Shown here piece by piece: positions 1 to 15,411 of a stretch of 49,817 nucleotides of DNA. The stretch lies in contig KZ538167.1 in the NCBI GenBank assembly GCA_000934665.2, forward strand, positions 62,001-111,817. The letters are read 5' to 3'. Each line of letters starts with the position of its first letter. Positions within the stretch are counted from its first letter, which is position 1. The notes beneath the pieces were generated by a model. The model had not been told where the DNA came from and did not search any database. It worked only from the letters and a program-made list of their open reading frames with translations. This DNA comes from Catajapyx aquilonaris. Its lineage: Eukaryota. A program made the position numbers and the translations under genes.

Positions 1-210
1 TTAATATTATGACAATAGTGCATCAACCATAAACTAATTCGTCGGTTAGTAATACCATGTGTCATACAGGTTTGTTTAAGGTCATACAGCATGAACGTGA
101 TACCATACTGTAATTCACTCGTTCAATACATTGTCACACACCATTTAAAAAATAATTTTCAGCTATTTTTACCCATCACTGCTATACACTGTAACGATAG
201 GAAAAAAGTG

Positions 211-211
<1 letters not shown>

Positions 212-272
<61 letters not shown>
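212..272. repeat. (TA)n microsatellite
   Basis: About 30 TA units. Confidence 0.98.
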
Positions 273-274
<2 letters not shown>

Positions 275-2851
275 ACATTAGCAGTTACAGATATGTTAGT
301 CACCTTCGGAGAGAAAAAAATATGGGGACACAGAATGGTCCGAGTCCCGGAACACGAAATGTCGCACCGGATATACGGGCTTTTCCTCTCTCCCCGGAGC
401 ATCAGGCAGAACCTGCCATCAATTCTTATGCGGTCCGGGCGACTCACTTTTGACATCCGGAATTGATATCGTCGAGTGTCGGAAAAAAGGAATCCGGGAG
501 TCGAAGCCCAGTCATTTTCTCAACCGGATTTTGTTGTCGGAAGAGACATCTCGGGTAGAAATTTTTGGGGTCCCCCCCCCCCCCCCCCCNCCCCCCCCCC
601 CGGATAATCTGCCGAATATTTCTGAGCTGCCAGAAGGAAATTGCGATGTGGGATTCAGATAGTCCGCCGGCTTCAGAGATATTTTGCTTTCCGGAGAATT
701 TCGGGACTGCACAATAGCCTATACTGATAATTCCGGTTTGATTGTAGCTAAGCTAGCTACTTCGTTACTGATTACACGGCAGAATTATTAGTAAATTTCC
801 GCTACACCAAATACTAAGAGTATTTACCCGCAAAAAATATATTTCTCCATCCCAAGTTTGCAACACCTTCCGGGCGTTTGCTTTTGCTAAACTCTAGGTC
901 CGTGAAATGTTTGTCCAAAACTGTGCAAGTTGACTTCTTTTTCCTATATGCTGCATATAATCCCATATGAGCTATGCAAAAGCAATCTGTTGGGTTGGTG
1001 GGGGTTTTCCTCACGGGAAAAGCAAACGCGAAATTGAGTTTGCAAAAGAAAAATATCTCGAAGGCTACCAGTTTATTTCCCTCGCGTCTCTCTCTAGGGC
1101 ATATCAGACCACTGTCATGACCAACACGACACCTGTACACTCCCATCTTGAGGTATTTGAATGTTCAACAAACTCCGGAATGATAGCTATGCAGGTAATT
1201 TAACTTTCCCGACCACACGAATTTGCTCTAGAGTTGCGCCAAGGCACTTTGCGGCCTCTAAAGTTTTTGGAGGAAACTTTTTGGGGGGGAAGAACTTAAC
1301 TCCGGGGGTGAATTAATCCTTTCCTGGACTCGTCCCAATCCCTTGTATTTCCGTGTTTACAACGGATCCTTGTGTAGACGTCACTCAGCTCGTACGTTTA
1401 CTGTGCAGTGCGACAATGAAAGTTACCGAAATATTCAGGCGTGGCTTACTCCAGGCTTGAATCGTCGAATCCCAATTAATCTTAAATGTTCGCATACATT
1501 CGAACTTGAATAATAATAATAATATTTAATCAACTCGCACCTAGATTATTAAAAATGAGGTCTAAACCCAAGATTAATTTGAGTGACTGGCAAGAGAACT
1601 GGATGGAATTTGTTTGATATAGTTAACTCTCCAGGGGCAGTCAAGAGGACCGGGCTAATTAAATTAACTCCAAGCAGTTGTCAAGTCGGAGTAAATCAGC
1701 TGGGATTTCACTTCAACCGGCTGTTTACCCCTCTGTTTATACCACCTAATGAGACTATAATGCTCTCTCTCTCCCTCTCTAGCTGCTGCTAAACGTGCAA
1801 AAATACTCCCTTGTCTAGGATGATTAGTACGCAATAATTATCTGAAGCAGAGCCACCTCCCCAATTAGGGTTCCCATTTTTGTTGGACCTAGGTCCAGCT
1901 GTATAGCCGCAGTTTTTTTTTTAAATTCTCTCTCGTAGTTTCATCGATCTCTAAAAGCAATTCACAGCTACAAAACGACACTTGGAGACTACTTTGCTGC
2001 CTGGTTTCGCTTTTAGAATGCCAATATCTCATTGCTCCTAAAGATTATGGTTCCCGAAGGTTTCATTCCGGCCCTATTATGGTGATTTACAATTGGCCCT
2101 TGGGTGCGGTTCAGACCTTCTGGGCCTGATTTGGGGTCTATGTACCCTCAGCCTGCAATTACGCTTAACCCCCGATTTATCAATAGCGTATACAACAAGC
2201 TAATGAAGCATATGCGATTTTCTTCAGAGTTCTTGCGCTACCTATCACTGCTAGTTCCAAAACTATCTGTGGAGCTCCATAGTATGATCCTTCTGGGATA
2301 TTTTAGAGTCAAGGCCCTGCCATATAAGAAGGAAGTTCTGATCCATTATTAATGCGTCGGATATAAACAGAAGGGGGCTGAGGAGAAAAGCAGAGATGGC
2401 GGCGAAACCCAGTCCTAGAATGATGCGAAGTTTCTCTTTTTTTTTCCAGAGGATAACAGGATTTTGTCTGGTTCAAAAATCCGTCTGCTTTTTGGAGGGT
2501 GGAGAGAGAGAGAGGATATACGTACTATTGGCAGAGTGCAATCGGGCGATAAACCCATTCCATCACGAGGTGGTGCCGCCGAGTCTGCCCCGATCTATGG
2601 GAGGGCTATATAAATATTTAGCGTGAAATATGGGAGCGCACGTGGCGGTCTCGGACGGGTTGAATATAAAGGAAAAGCCTCCGCCCAGGGGCCATTGTGC
2701 GTCCGACATGAATATATCCGTTTTATAGGGGCGGTAGTGCTTGAGCTGTTGGCAGGGAATATTGAGTTGTTTACATCATTTTAACCAGATGCAGTCCATA
2801 TTTTACTAGAGTTATTAACTCGGTTTTGGCCAGAAACACACCGGAATGTTT

Positions 2852-3160
2852 GACTTTTTCTCATCGAAAAGTATAGTCCGTCTGTCCGTGGACAGGTATC
2901 AGGGCCCAAACCGCAAGAGATAGAGACAAACGGTTTGCGTATTCGTATTCAGCGTACCCAGTCAACTTCCGGTGACCAGCCACTTCCGGTTTTCCGGGTC
3001 TACTCCATCCGCCAAGGTTTGAAGAAACTGACAACATTCTATGTCATTGTTGTCCAATAATTAGCATCGCATCATGTAGCATCGTATCATATAGTACTCA
3101 ACAAAATTGTCAGCCAAATTTCCCGATGCCCAATGAAAAAAGTATACTCGAATCACTCGT
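2852..3160 (+). mobile_element. DINE-1/HINE (Helentron-associated)-like short element remnant
   Basis: 5' self-complementary actttttt..gaaaagtata block, a GTCY microsatellite (gtccgtctgtccgt), and the gaaaaaagtata motif repeated near 3136. This is the layout typical of HINEs. Confidence 0.4.
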
Positions 3161-6100
3161 CTATGTTGTCATTTTTTTAAAGTCAATTTTCCCAGCACTT
3201 TCTATTTCCTGCGTCTAACTATTCAGCGATGAAATATGTAGGCCTAGCATCCACCATCTTGATAATCGGAGTCCCAAGCGGCCATCTTGGCAGATGTCCT
3301 GCTTCCAACTTCCATCCGGAGCGATATTCTCGGGCTGCTGCTTCCTCTTCTTCTTCTTCTTTCTGCGGTGTTCCCAAGACGAGCACTGATGCGGCGCAAT
3401 TTGATGGTTGGAATTTGTCATTGAGCGTTTTCGGAGCTGTCACCTCCCCGAGACGTCATCTGGGGCGTAAAAGGGGAGGTGAAGCGTTGTAGGAAACAGC
3501 CACCTGCTCCTAAGAATAACAGGGTGTGTCGTAACAGTACCAACAATAGCGGATTATTAAGGAAGCGAATGGTCACTTCATGTCCGGCAGACACGGTCCA
3601 ACAAGATGGATGTGTAACATATGCTGAAACATAAGGTGTGAAAAATATTCTATCGTTTTTTATCACAGTTTGTGGTGTTATTATGGTTCACCCGGTACAC
3701 CCTGCGTCAAGTTTATGCCCAGGCTCTTCTGGCCAAACACAGCGAGTTGGAAGGAGGATTAGAGATTAGGAGTGGTCCAGATCTAGCCCCTCGGTTCGAC
3801 CACGACTTGGAGGAAAATGTTTGGGAAGCGCCTTCATCCCCTAACGAGCTCAGAATCCCCACGTTAAGACCCCTTCTCTTCTCTGCTATCGGATAGAATT
3901 TTTTATATATAAAATATAGCAGGGTTTTTTTTTTCCTTCTTTAGACGTTGTTTTCAAGTTTGCTGCCACCTTACACTTGACGTGATGCATATTCATGTGA
4001 GACGCGTTGCTTTTCATTGGGGGAAGGCGCTTAGCATGTTTTTAAATATTTGAAGGCGTCTTCAGGAGAGGGAAAAGGTAAAGTTCCGTCTTCATCGGCA
4101 TCTTCATCTCAAGGGGTTATTAAACAAAGATGGGATGCCTAGATCATTAAAGAGCAAACATGGTGTGCATAACAGCTGGTTCCACGTCGCCGTGTATATA
4201 GGTGGTTGTGAACACAGAGTTACGGCCATGTTGAGTCTAGCCGACTTATAGCAAATGGAGACCATCAAATGTCTCAAAGAAATGAATTTATGTAGCTGGA
4301 TTTCACAGGGTCGATTAAATCCGTCTTATTGCTCATTCCTCCGCCATCAAAACCTATAATTCACAAAAAAATGGTGTCAAAATGTCGTACCCTGACTTCA
4401 ACCACCACATATTGGACCAGTTACATTTTTGGAACCTATAGGTACGGGCATGAATTAGCACGCATGTTTACTCTGGTTGGGGTCTCATGGTCCAGGGTTC
4501 ACATCAAAGCCTTGGCTTTCCCCCCCTGTTTAATTTAATTACGGCCCGAGCACATAGGCCTTGAATCCAGTTTTCAATTTGGCGAGAGCCAGCGAGAGAT
4601 TGATTGGCTGAGAAGTCTTGCAGGCTTTCCGGACTAAATTAAGACGATCCCCTGTAGGGACTACCAAAAGTGTCATTTGGAATTTCCAGGTGAGTTTAAT
4701 TAAAATGAGAGCAAAATGGAGCAAAATTATGCAATTTGAAAATTAATTCTCCCTAAATACCTGGATTGCAAATTAATACACTCCATATTCAAAATGAAAT
4801 ACAGTACAATGCAATATAACAATTAGTGGCAATAAAATCATTTCAAAATAAAAAGCGTTTCTTTACTGTCTGAATTATTTTGCAAAAAAAAATAAGATAC
4901 AATAAATAGTTAAATACATGAAAGTGAACCTTACAAGCAAATAAATAAATACTGCAATAACACATAATTTCAAATTAAAAAGTGGGTTAATTTTTGAACG
5001 TAAATAAAATAATAGTGCTCAATTTTTTGAGTTCGCTTCTATTGTTGAGTATACTTATTATTAGAGCCAAAGCAACGGGACGTGGGTCATGATCAGAGTA
5101 ACCAATCTCATTTTATGTGACACCATTTTCGCTAATTAGTGAATGGATTCAGCAGCGCGACAATGCGGCTCTTTAATCAAATACGGGGAAGCTTCTAATA
5201 TGCATAAAATCCCTGCTGCTGCTGCAGCAACGTGCAAAATTGTTTTATGAATATGTTCCACTTGCGGTATAAAGAGATCGGAAATTTAATAACTCATTAT
5301 ATTGACAGATGACAAAAATTGCGACCGTTGACATGTATTTTTTTTCGTGCGTTCCGTGCGTGGGAACTGTGGAATGTAATTAGGTAATTAGAGTTTAAAA
5401 TGCACCTTTTAAGAGGCGACCTTTTGCCACACTGACTGCAATTAGTTGCCAAAAACTCGGATTAAACCACGGCTGCATTCTGACATCCCATTTATGCAAA
5501 TGGCTTTTGCGCAACAATTATGATGCTCTGATGATCATTTTTGATTCATTTTATCGTGTAAGGCCTGTTTGTATACAGTATTAATATTACTCTATAGGCC
5601 TAATCATCGATAAATTAAAACTGGCGCACAAATTGTTCAAAGCATTAGAAAAGTTCGACTGAATGACACTTTTGCCTCAAAGCTTATCAAAGGACTATCT
5701 ATAGAATCTTCAGTCACATTTTATCCCATCTATATCAATTCGTTAAAAAAGGTCTCTTCCCAAACTCTCGTCGACAAAAACATGCAATAAGAGAAGTATG
5801 TTCTTGACAGTGGCGCCCTCTTTCCCCCCCATGTTATGTACAGCACAGTTGCCAAATAAAAAAAAAAACGAGGATAATTGGGGGGAACGTAAATTCCGCA
5901 CTCTAATCACCGGAAAACTAGAAATCAACAATCGGATTTTTTTCCCCCTCCCCCACAGCTATTTTCAAACGAGTCTTTTGAACCAGTTGTTTTCCTTTCC
6001 GGTATTTTTTTTATACCGTTTGTTCTGGTTCTAATTCCAGGAAAGGTTTATGGTAGCTTGCCCACAGATGTCACATCCAGACACATTAGACATGGATTTA

Positions 6101-6558
6101 ACATGCTGCTCTGGAGGGGGAGGGTTTCACTCTGAAGCACGTCTCCTGCACTTGTTCACCTTTAGCACGAACCGCTGTAAAGCAAAATTTTGAGATCCTG
6201 AAGAAGAAGAAAAAAATTGGTTCCTATATGAGTTATGCAGATTAATATGCGATATAGATTATATTATTGGAATTTTTATTCATTACCGAGGCGTCATTTA
6301 CACAGGCGGGTGTGTTTTTTTGTGTGTGGTTCACTTAATTAAGCAATTTGCGGCCAAGGATGGTTTCCATTATTGACCCAATGATTAGAGAGAGGGCCAT
6401 GTGAGAGAGTGCCTTTTTTTTGGTAGTGTGAGTGTCAGTCAGCTCTTTGTTGACGTGTGTTTCTGACACGGCTTCAAACCTGACCTGAATTTGGCCGTGC
6501 GGTTGCCTCGTGGCATATATATGCTGCTCACTTCAGGATTATACGATAATCAGAGCTG

Positions 6559-6594
6559 AATAATAATGATAATAATAATAATAATAATAATAAT
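6559..6594. repeat. (AAT)n microsatellite
   Basis: About 12 units with one interruption. Confidence 0.9.
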
Positions 6595-9500
6595 TTCCCT
6601 GACAGCTAATAACGCGTAATAACAAGAATTGATGTTACCCACTTGATAAAGTTAAATCCAACACTAACTTGCATGATTTCTCGCAGAACTTTTACTAAAA
6701 ATGATCATAATGTAACTACGTTTATAATATTATTCAGATGTGACAAATTTTGACGCTCACCACTACCACTATAGCGTTCAAAGAAAATTTTGAAAGCTCG
6801 AGTCTATTGTTTCGTAGCCCCATTTTTAGTTGCTGCAGCCGCCTCTGAGCTTGACGTGGAAAATATGACACGGCGCCCTTTCTTGTCATGTTTGACCCCA
6901 CGTGCTGCCCCGGGGCGGCCCTAGCCCCATCTTGTATATATTTAGGAAGGGTGTGGTGGCAAAATGTGCGGGCAGTCCAGAAGATACATTAGGTCCATGG
7001 AGACGCTTGGAAGCCTCCATTATCAGTAAGTGAATCGAACCGGGTCCGAACATACGGCCTGTGCCCAAAATTTTTTTGAAATGGCTTCAAAAAGTGCTCA
7101 GCCATGTGTACTGACTAATGAAGGTCACGGTGTTGGTCACCGCTTCGAGTTGGGCATTTTTTAGGTGGGCCAAGTCTGTATTTTGAAAGTTGTCGGAGCG
7201 TGGAATTTTTTTTTTTCGATGGGAATAAATTTTTTTGAGGGTAGTTACAATTCATGGCACCTTGGCCGGGGTGAAGTGGAGCGAGGCTTTTCAATCTAGG
7301 AAGCTTTCAGTTCCGGAGTAGGAATTGAATGGGGGGATAACTTCTGGAGAAGGATTAGTTCGTTCTTATGGTGATGAACAGTTCGCAGGTTGAAGTCAGT
7401 CGGCGTCATCTGCAAATGCAAATGTCCCTCCGGGAAGTTGTGACGATGTCGAGAAATCATGTCGAGGACAGTTTCGGAATCACCCTGTACACACCTGCGT
7501 GCAAAAAAAAGGGACTTCCTCATTTTTTTTATACGGTATAAAAATGGCTAGCTGAATTATGGGCAAGATGTGCCGCGGAATTTATGGCTCAAAATTGGGC
7601 AGCCTCAAACTCGGGGTGGAAATATTGGGAAGTTCTTAACTGGGTAAGATAGTGGCCGAGAGAAAGTTACGAGCTGGAGATAAGTCTAGCATGGATTTTT
7701 TTTTTTACTTTGTTCTAAAATGATAAGCGGGTTATAAGAGAGAGGAGAAATAATATTTGGCTCGACTCTTATATATAAGTGGACATTTTTTTAAAATGAA
7801 AACATTTGTGATGTCGCTTCAAATCACGTTTGAAGTGAAAATGGGTCGTTTTTTAGCCCATAGGTAGCCATTTGAAAAGCTAATTGTGTTCCTTGTCCAT
7901 TAGGCTATGAATGAACTATAGTCATCAAGCGCGTATTCTTCACCCACCATCCTTTTTTTTGCACTGGGTGCTCCATTTTTCGGGAAGGCTAAATTAGCTG
8001 AAGTGGATTTGTAATGAATACAACCGGAAATTGAGGTTGTCAGTGTGTGTGTGTGTCTTATTGGACGTGTTTCTTCCAAGTCGATTTTCTGCAGGAGACA
8101 CCTCCAAAGCTCTAGGGATTTGTGGTGGTGTAGCAGGATCAGGTTGTTACGAAGGTAGTGTGATGGAGGATTAAGGTGTTGTTTGAGAGAAAATGTGGAA
8201 GATTGGAAATAGCATGTCAAAAACAGTTATTTTCTCTAATATTATTTATTTTTGTTGTGGTTTGTGAAAATTTTTATCAAACTGGCTCAAAAATTATTTT
8301 GAAATTTGAGCTTCATCATTTTTAGGCGTCCGGTCACCAGCATCAGCCATTTCATTCATGGATCTCATTACGATTGTACATGTTGTGCTCGCAAAATCTC
8401 GCACTTTCCATTATTCATCCTCATTACCATGTGCGAAGTGGCAATCGTCAATGACCTAGCTCCCCCTCGGATTTTGCTAAAATTGGTGCGGGACGTGCGA
8501 ATCTGCAAAACTGGCACCATGTATTGTTGTGGTCGCCATTGTTTTTTTTTCCACCCTGGTTTTGTTGAGCGTTTTCCCACACCCCCTCTTTTTATGACGT
8601 TTGTCTTTGCAAGGATCAAAGAGATAAGCGTATGCAAATTAAGCTGAATCAATGTACCTGATCGGATGTTGCACAACATAACAAGTAGCGTGTGCTTGTT
8701 GGAGAGAGGACCAGTTGCAATCGGTGTAGCTGCTGCCATTAGTGCCTTCCAAACGTCAGCTTTAAATTAGCTGTTTTTTTAAAGCAACGTGTAATGTTTA
8801 CAATGAACCCTTTAGCTACCTAACCATAGTATGGGCATCGTGTGATTAGTATTGACTTTCTTTCTTGTCAGCTGATTTTTTTCCTTCAAAATAATGTAAA
8901 CGGCGGTGTTGTTGGTCCAGATCCATATTTTGGCAATTTTTAAATATATATTCCTATACGGCATGTTATTTTTTAAAGAAAAAATGTTCGTGTGTTGTAA
9001 GCGTCTTCTGCAACAAAAAATAATAATTCGCAATCTCGTAATGGAGCGAGTAGACAAGAGAATTATATTGTCGGAAACCTTCCGGCTGCGTGGCCTAGTT
9101 TCCTAATGCGGATTATAGCAAAAACTTTTATATGCGCGAATAGTACGGATAAATGTCATATATGACGCACAAAGTACATAGGTTAACTTCAAAGTATTTT
9201 TTTTAAAAAAAAAACCTAACTCTATAATTTAATAGTTTAGTAACTATTTAGACCGTGAAAATGTTCGCTGGTTGGCTGGAGAAACTCTAAGCTTTTAGAG
9301 AGAGAGAAAAAAAAGTCGACATGTTCGCCATGAATCTGAGTTCATAATTTGCAAAGTTAATTACGCGGTTTGGACCAAACAGTACTATACTGCAGAGAAA
9401 TTTTCGCAAAAAAAAATAAGTAGGGTGTACTCTACAAGTTGAGTTTTTTTTTCATCATCCTGGCTCGGAACATATGATTGCATAAATTTTTAAAGCTTTA

Positions 9501-12500
9501 ATTAAATTTTTGCGAGAAAAATATCTCAAAGGTCTGATTTTTCCACTGCCGACCTTTTTTGTTTTGGCAAAGAGTTTTTTTTTGTACTTTATTCTGTAGA
9601 TATTTTTATTTCACGTTGGTGCCCATTATTGAGGGAGTATATCAAACTTTGTCAGCGAAAATGGCAAAAGTAGCGCACATTTTATCTTGATATGTCGAAG
9701 GCTAAAGGAAAAACAACTTGTGTATATAAAAATCTATAAAAATACAGCTTGTTCCAGTTTCTTTTAAAATCTATTTTATTGCACTACTCAGCTTCTCTGA
9801 CCGTATATTTGGTTGGTATTGTGCGGAATTAACATAGTGTCGAATTACTTTCCAGCATAATTATAGCAGTTATCAAAAGTATTCGTTTGTAAAAGTATAT
9901 CTTGCGTGGCCCCTATACCAGAAGCAAGTCATTTTCTCTCCGGAAATTTCCCCTGTCGGAGGCGACCATTTTTACGGATTTACGGAGGTAAATGACTTGG
10001 CGAACACGGGTCCGAACTGACCCTTTACGAAGAATATATCGCCTTCGCACGTTGCACAATGGAGGAGATAAATGAAATAAGAGCGGACGTTAACCCAAGG
10101 TATAGTGCTGGATTATGACGCAATTCTCTCTAATTTCAAGCAATACACTGTGTCCGTAACGAGGTCTGTGGGGAGACCCGGTTTTAGCTGATATATTACT
10201 CATGTCAGACAGATAAGGGAAACTGCTCTATCCTTTTCCATCAAAGCTCTGCAGTATGCCCAGGTTGTGGGAAAGGATATTTAAAAAAACCGCATTCTTA
10301 TCGATATGACATGAGTGATCGATCATTCTAATCCACCCAGTGACACCCGGCATTGACACTGCAAAAGGCGGATTAGATTACAAGTGAGCGTTTATGTTGT
10401 GGAAAATAATCTTGCAGCAGTTGCAACACCAATTTGAATGGACCTACAGCTCATTATAATTAATAGAATTAAAGAGAACCTTCTCATGTATATTTACCTG
10501 TTGGCCCAGAAATGCGATGTAAACCCATTTTTTGAGAGAGTGGTAAAGAAACTATAAAAGAAAATGGCAGAAGCATTTTACTTCACAACAAGAACGGTAT
10601 ATAGAATAGGTTAAATTACCCTGAAATCTAATCGTCTCGGTCCAACAAAAGACAGCCTTTGTTTCGAGTCTCTTTCTGCCCAAGTGCTCATTCCAGAGGC
10701 TCGTTGTGAAGTTGGCACCATTCTGGCCTCTCCTAGTAATACTCTCATTAACGAAGAGGTTTCCCCCGGATTTCTAGCATTTCACCTCTCTCTCTCACTC
10801 TAACAAGAAACGTCTCTCTCTACCAGAAGAAAACCACAATTTGAAGATCCATCATTTGATACGCCCAGAAGCTTTTTAATTAATATTAATAAATGCTTAC
10901 AAATTTTTACCTTACTTGAATGCTGCCTGAAAAATAATATTCGCCAGCTTGGGTTTAACGTTCAAAGCGGTCTTCTTTGTGCTATCGGATATACATGGTT
11001 TTGAATCCTCCGCTTCCGATTCTGGTAACAACCGCAAAACCAGAGTTATGACGACTTTTTTTTTCCACCCACAAATATTCCAACCCTCAAAATCCTCTCG
11101 ATGCACTGTATCTCTCTCGTATAGGGGGGGTCCCACTTTTCTGTCAATATCCGCCCGTTACACGTCCAGGAAATGAAGCTCATCGTGCCCAGGAGATTGG
11201 GGGAACAGATTGGCACTTTTTGGATGTTCATCCTCCCACTTCAAACCCCCCACCCATCTTTTTTTTTCCTCTCCCCCCAAGCCCGCAACTTCCCCTGCAC
11301 CTATCTCCTACAGCTGCCGACTGCGGATGATGCATAATAGCACCGCATCGTGAGCCATCAAAATTTTTCGTGGGGAGGTCTGTCTAGCTGTTCCTGGGTT
11401 GTGTCCTAATCCGATGACATTTGTCATAATCGGGGGGGTTATTAAAAAGTTGGAGGGTCGACCATTAGATGGGGGGTCCTATATATATTTCTTAATGCGG
11501 AGGGAGCCCCTTTCTCTGCATGGGAGCCGCCTCCTAATATTTCTCTCCTGGGAGCCTTCACTCATAATCCGGAGCACTCTGCCTCTCATTGCCCTCTTCC
11601 ACTTCAAACTTGCTCTACGTATGTAAATGAGGTGACTATTTGGGAAGAGGGTCACTACTAAACTGTGAAACTTTTTACTCAGAGCGCGGATATTAGCAGC
11701 GAGGAAAATTTTAACGCAGGGTCCCAACAGGACCTCTCTGGGCCAAAGGCTATATATGGAGAGGGTTGTAACTTGGAGTTTTAATTCATGTGCTAACACT
11801 CGGAAACATCTTGGGGTTTAACTCATCAAGATGGGCTAAACTTCAGAATGTTTCATGATGTTAATTAAATATTCCAAGTTATTTTGTTCTTATAAATAAT
11901 TTATTTTCTGAAGTATACGAAACTGATAATAATTCTGTTATTGCGACATCTGAACTCTCGCGAATATAACAGATCACATGGGTATGCAAGTGTTGACACA
12001 AAAAAATGTTCCCACAAAAGCAGAAGCTCCTGGGAAAAGAAAATGCTCCCATTTCCTACGATGCATTAGTGAATAAATATTCAGACAGGGTGTAAAATTT
12101 TTGCCTTTACTTTTTTCCCCTTCCTTTTCCGTTGTTGACATAAATAATCGCCGTGTCGCATGTGCTGAAGGGTAATCTCACATTCGCAAAACGAATGTCT
12201 CACCTTAAATATAGATGGCGCACTATGTCTCAGACATCTGTGGTCGACCGCTGCACTACTTAGTCAAAAAAAATTCTCATTCATTTTTTTTAGCTCTCAG
12301 ATCTCGTTTTACAAGCAAGAGTTTCATTTCAAGCTCGAAGCCATGTATTGCGCTGCTAAGCAAAAATCCTGTTATAACGGGGAAAAAATGCTCCGAATTT
12401 TTTTTCAGCACTCTCTCCCCCCCCCCCCCTTTTCCCGTGATATCAAAGTGCAATCAACATTTATAGAACCCAGGAGACCCAAATTAGCTTAGTCAGGATA

Positions 12501-15411
12501 GTCTTAATAGCCTCGGAAGATTGTTTGGGAAGCGCTTGCCTTGCAAATTCGGCTCCGGCTCTTTCTCTCTCCCCCCTCTTCCCAAACTTTACAGGGCTTA
12601 AAATCGGGATTTGATTCGGTTGCGCACTCGCGTAATTGAAGTCATTGGAAGTGTCTTCATCTATCGTTTTGCACAGGAGTCGGAAGGGTTTTGGCACACG
12701 GAATGAGGTCCCAAATAGCTGGAGGATAGCTGGAGAAAAACATCAACAAGAGCACTGATTACTTAGCTGGCTTTTCAGCGAAAAAAAACTGCTAGTATCC
12801 TTCTATTTTTATTCTACAGCAGTACATGTCGGATCACCCTGTATTGGCAGGGCAATTTCATGTAGACCCCCCCCCCCCCCGTTCGTCGTATTTNCCCCCA
12901 GTTCGTCGTATTTTGGCAGACGAGACAGGAACCGAGTGTAATATCCCAGCGGTGAGAGACGTGTCGTGAATTTCAAAGGAAGGTGGGAGGTTGCTAGAGT
13001 CGTTCTAAATCTGCCGCGTGTCCCACAGAGAAAATCGGCGCCCAATTCGCTCCCATAATGTCCCCCAAATGCGGTGAGAAATACTTGCCGAACGCTCCGA
13101 TTTCCAGCTTTTCGTTTGGCTGAGACAGAAGTTGGTCCAGAAGTTGGAACGCGACATGCATGGAATGTTATTCCAAGAGGGAAGGAGGGCTTGATCAATT
13201 GGAGAGAAAATGGGTGATATTGAAGTGACGATGGAGAAAAATCAAGCCATATATTGGCAGCATTTTTTTGTGTGAATGGAGTCCTATCCTACACTTTGAA
13301 AGCCAATAATTATATTTTTAAAACAATTTTGGTGTTTGTTTTGTTTGAATAAATACGTGAGCGAACTAAGAACGGGATATTAATTATACGGTATCGTATT
13401 ACCCTCTGACGTCACTGCGGCTAAACAGATCGGTGCAGAAGTAGGAACGCACCCGAGCTGCTTTGTTCCTTTGTTTGTTTCCTTTGTTGGCGCGCCTAAC
13501 AACGGAAGTGCCAGTAAAGCAGGTGCATCTATTTGTTTATAAACGTATACGTCACTACGGTGGTAACTATCATCAGGCAGAAATCGCAATGCGCCCGTTA
13601 GACCACGCCCCCTTTTTCCCTCCAATTTAAGAGTGACTTTTAAACTCGCAATAATTTATCGAGGAATGATATTTTGGTGCTGAAAAGTGGCGGAATGCTT
13701 GTTCATAGGTACTGTTTGTATACTTTGCCAAATGGGATTTGGGAAATGTACTTTCAAGCTTGTAATTACATTCGTGTAAATGTACTATGTAGAAGACGAT
13801 CCGTTTGTATAATAGGTCGTTGAATCCAATTGTGTCATCCAGGTGTGAACTTTCTGTATGGCCCCCAGCAGGGCCCTCCGTACATCCAGCTCAGAATACC
13901 ATCAGAAGATTGAACAAAAAGAAAAAGTATCAAAGGAACCTGCTGTACGTGCTTTGCAACCAAAAGTAAGACCCAGGCCTATCCAATTGGTGTGACGTCC
14001 TCGTTTCTGACACTGTTTCTGCTTCTGGAGCAGAACACGTTTGGCAAATTGTTCCTTGAGATGTTCAACAGAATTCACCTGCTGAACTAAGGAATATATA
14101 GCAATGCGAATTTCGGCTTTTGGGCTACAGTAGTACCATCATGTCAGACTCGTTTTTTTCTTACATAAAAAACAAGGTTCCATTACAACCCTTTTTGTCA
14201 TCCCCTGTAAAAGGCAATGTCGTCTCCGTCGGAACATCCTTTTGGCTCCAGTCTAATCCTCCTTGCTTCATGTGGCTTTTCCGGGTGTCGCTTCATACTC
14301 ACTCTTTACGAGGCGACACCAACTCAAGTATGCCGCCGGCAGCACTTGATTACGATGACGGTGTCGAGTAATTACATCGGATCAGGGAAGCATCAGCTCC
14401 GACACACTTTCCTGGGGAGAGCCAAAACCAGAGAGAGTCTATAGCGTCTCCTTTTGCCTTGAGGCGTGAAGCTAAAGTGGCCTCGTCAGCAAGTAAGAAA
14501 ACCTCAAAGTTTCCTCGTGACCTCCCCATCCGGACCTATTCGGCTGTATATGCAGACGACTTGTCGCCGCCGATGCTTTGGAGAAACTCCGGGGAAACAC
14601 TTTGGGAAGAAAACTTTCGCTCCAATTCCTGATCCTCGGTTAGAAGACACAGCGATAGTAAGGGTTATGGGGCTCTGAGAATGTTGCTTTTATTATCAGC
14701 CAACTGCGATCTCTGAAAGAAAAAGAAGAAGAAGAAAAAAAAAGAAGCGTAATCTTTAAGGTTGGGAATAAATTTTAAAGGGGCTGTGACCTCCCCTAAC
14801 ACTTCTGGTTGGTCAGTTAAGGAAGGGTAGTTAAAGTGTGGGATTCGCCAACTGACATTTATGAGGTCGTATGTCACTCGGGTTTGACCTAGTGCATGGC
14901 AGCAGTACTCTCCTTCGAAGTGTGGGGGGGTCGTTTTATCTTTGCTGTTCAACCTCGAGGAGGAATCTAACTGTCGGGATAACTCGTGCTAACTACCCAA
15001 AGTCGCTCGAGTGTGGTGCACAAGCGACGAAGGCTCCGGAAAGTTCATGACGTGGCTTAGGAAACTTTGAGAAGAACAAAAAAAATAGGCATTGATTTGG
15101 CAGATTCTTCCCATATGATACATATTTAGTCATTTCATATTATTAAAAAATAATGGCATGGCCCATGATGATACACCCACTTTTGAAGCTAACCGCCGGT
15201 ATACGTATAGTGTAACCTCAATTATGTTTGATTTAAAACCCATGCTCGGCGGACCAGAAAACCAGTAGTTTTCCCACTCATCCGGAGCATGCGAAAAGCT
15301 TTTTGCAAGACCGGTGGTTAAACGAGCCAAATTAACGTGCGGGCTTGTTTCGTTCATTACCGGGGAAAAAAAGTGTGTGACTCTGTTTAATTGTTTGTTT
15401 GTTTTTTACAG

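Noticed and set aside
91..456. ORFs with YI repeats
   Set aside because: Artifact of the (TA)n microsatellite.
10200..10640. Possible Helitron Rep coding remnant
   Set aside because: The resemblance is too vague and there are stops in all frames.
1..15400. N-terminal MCT exon (GGWGW motif)
   Set aside because: I searched by eye and did not find it. The short ORFs here look non-coding, so the exon is probably upstream of the window.
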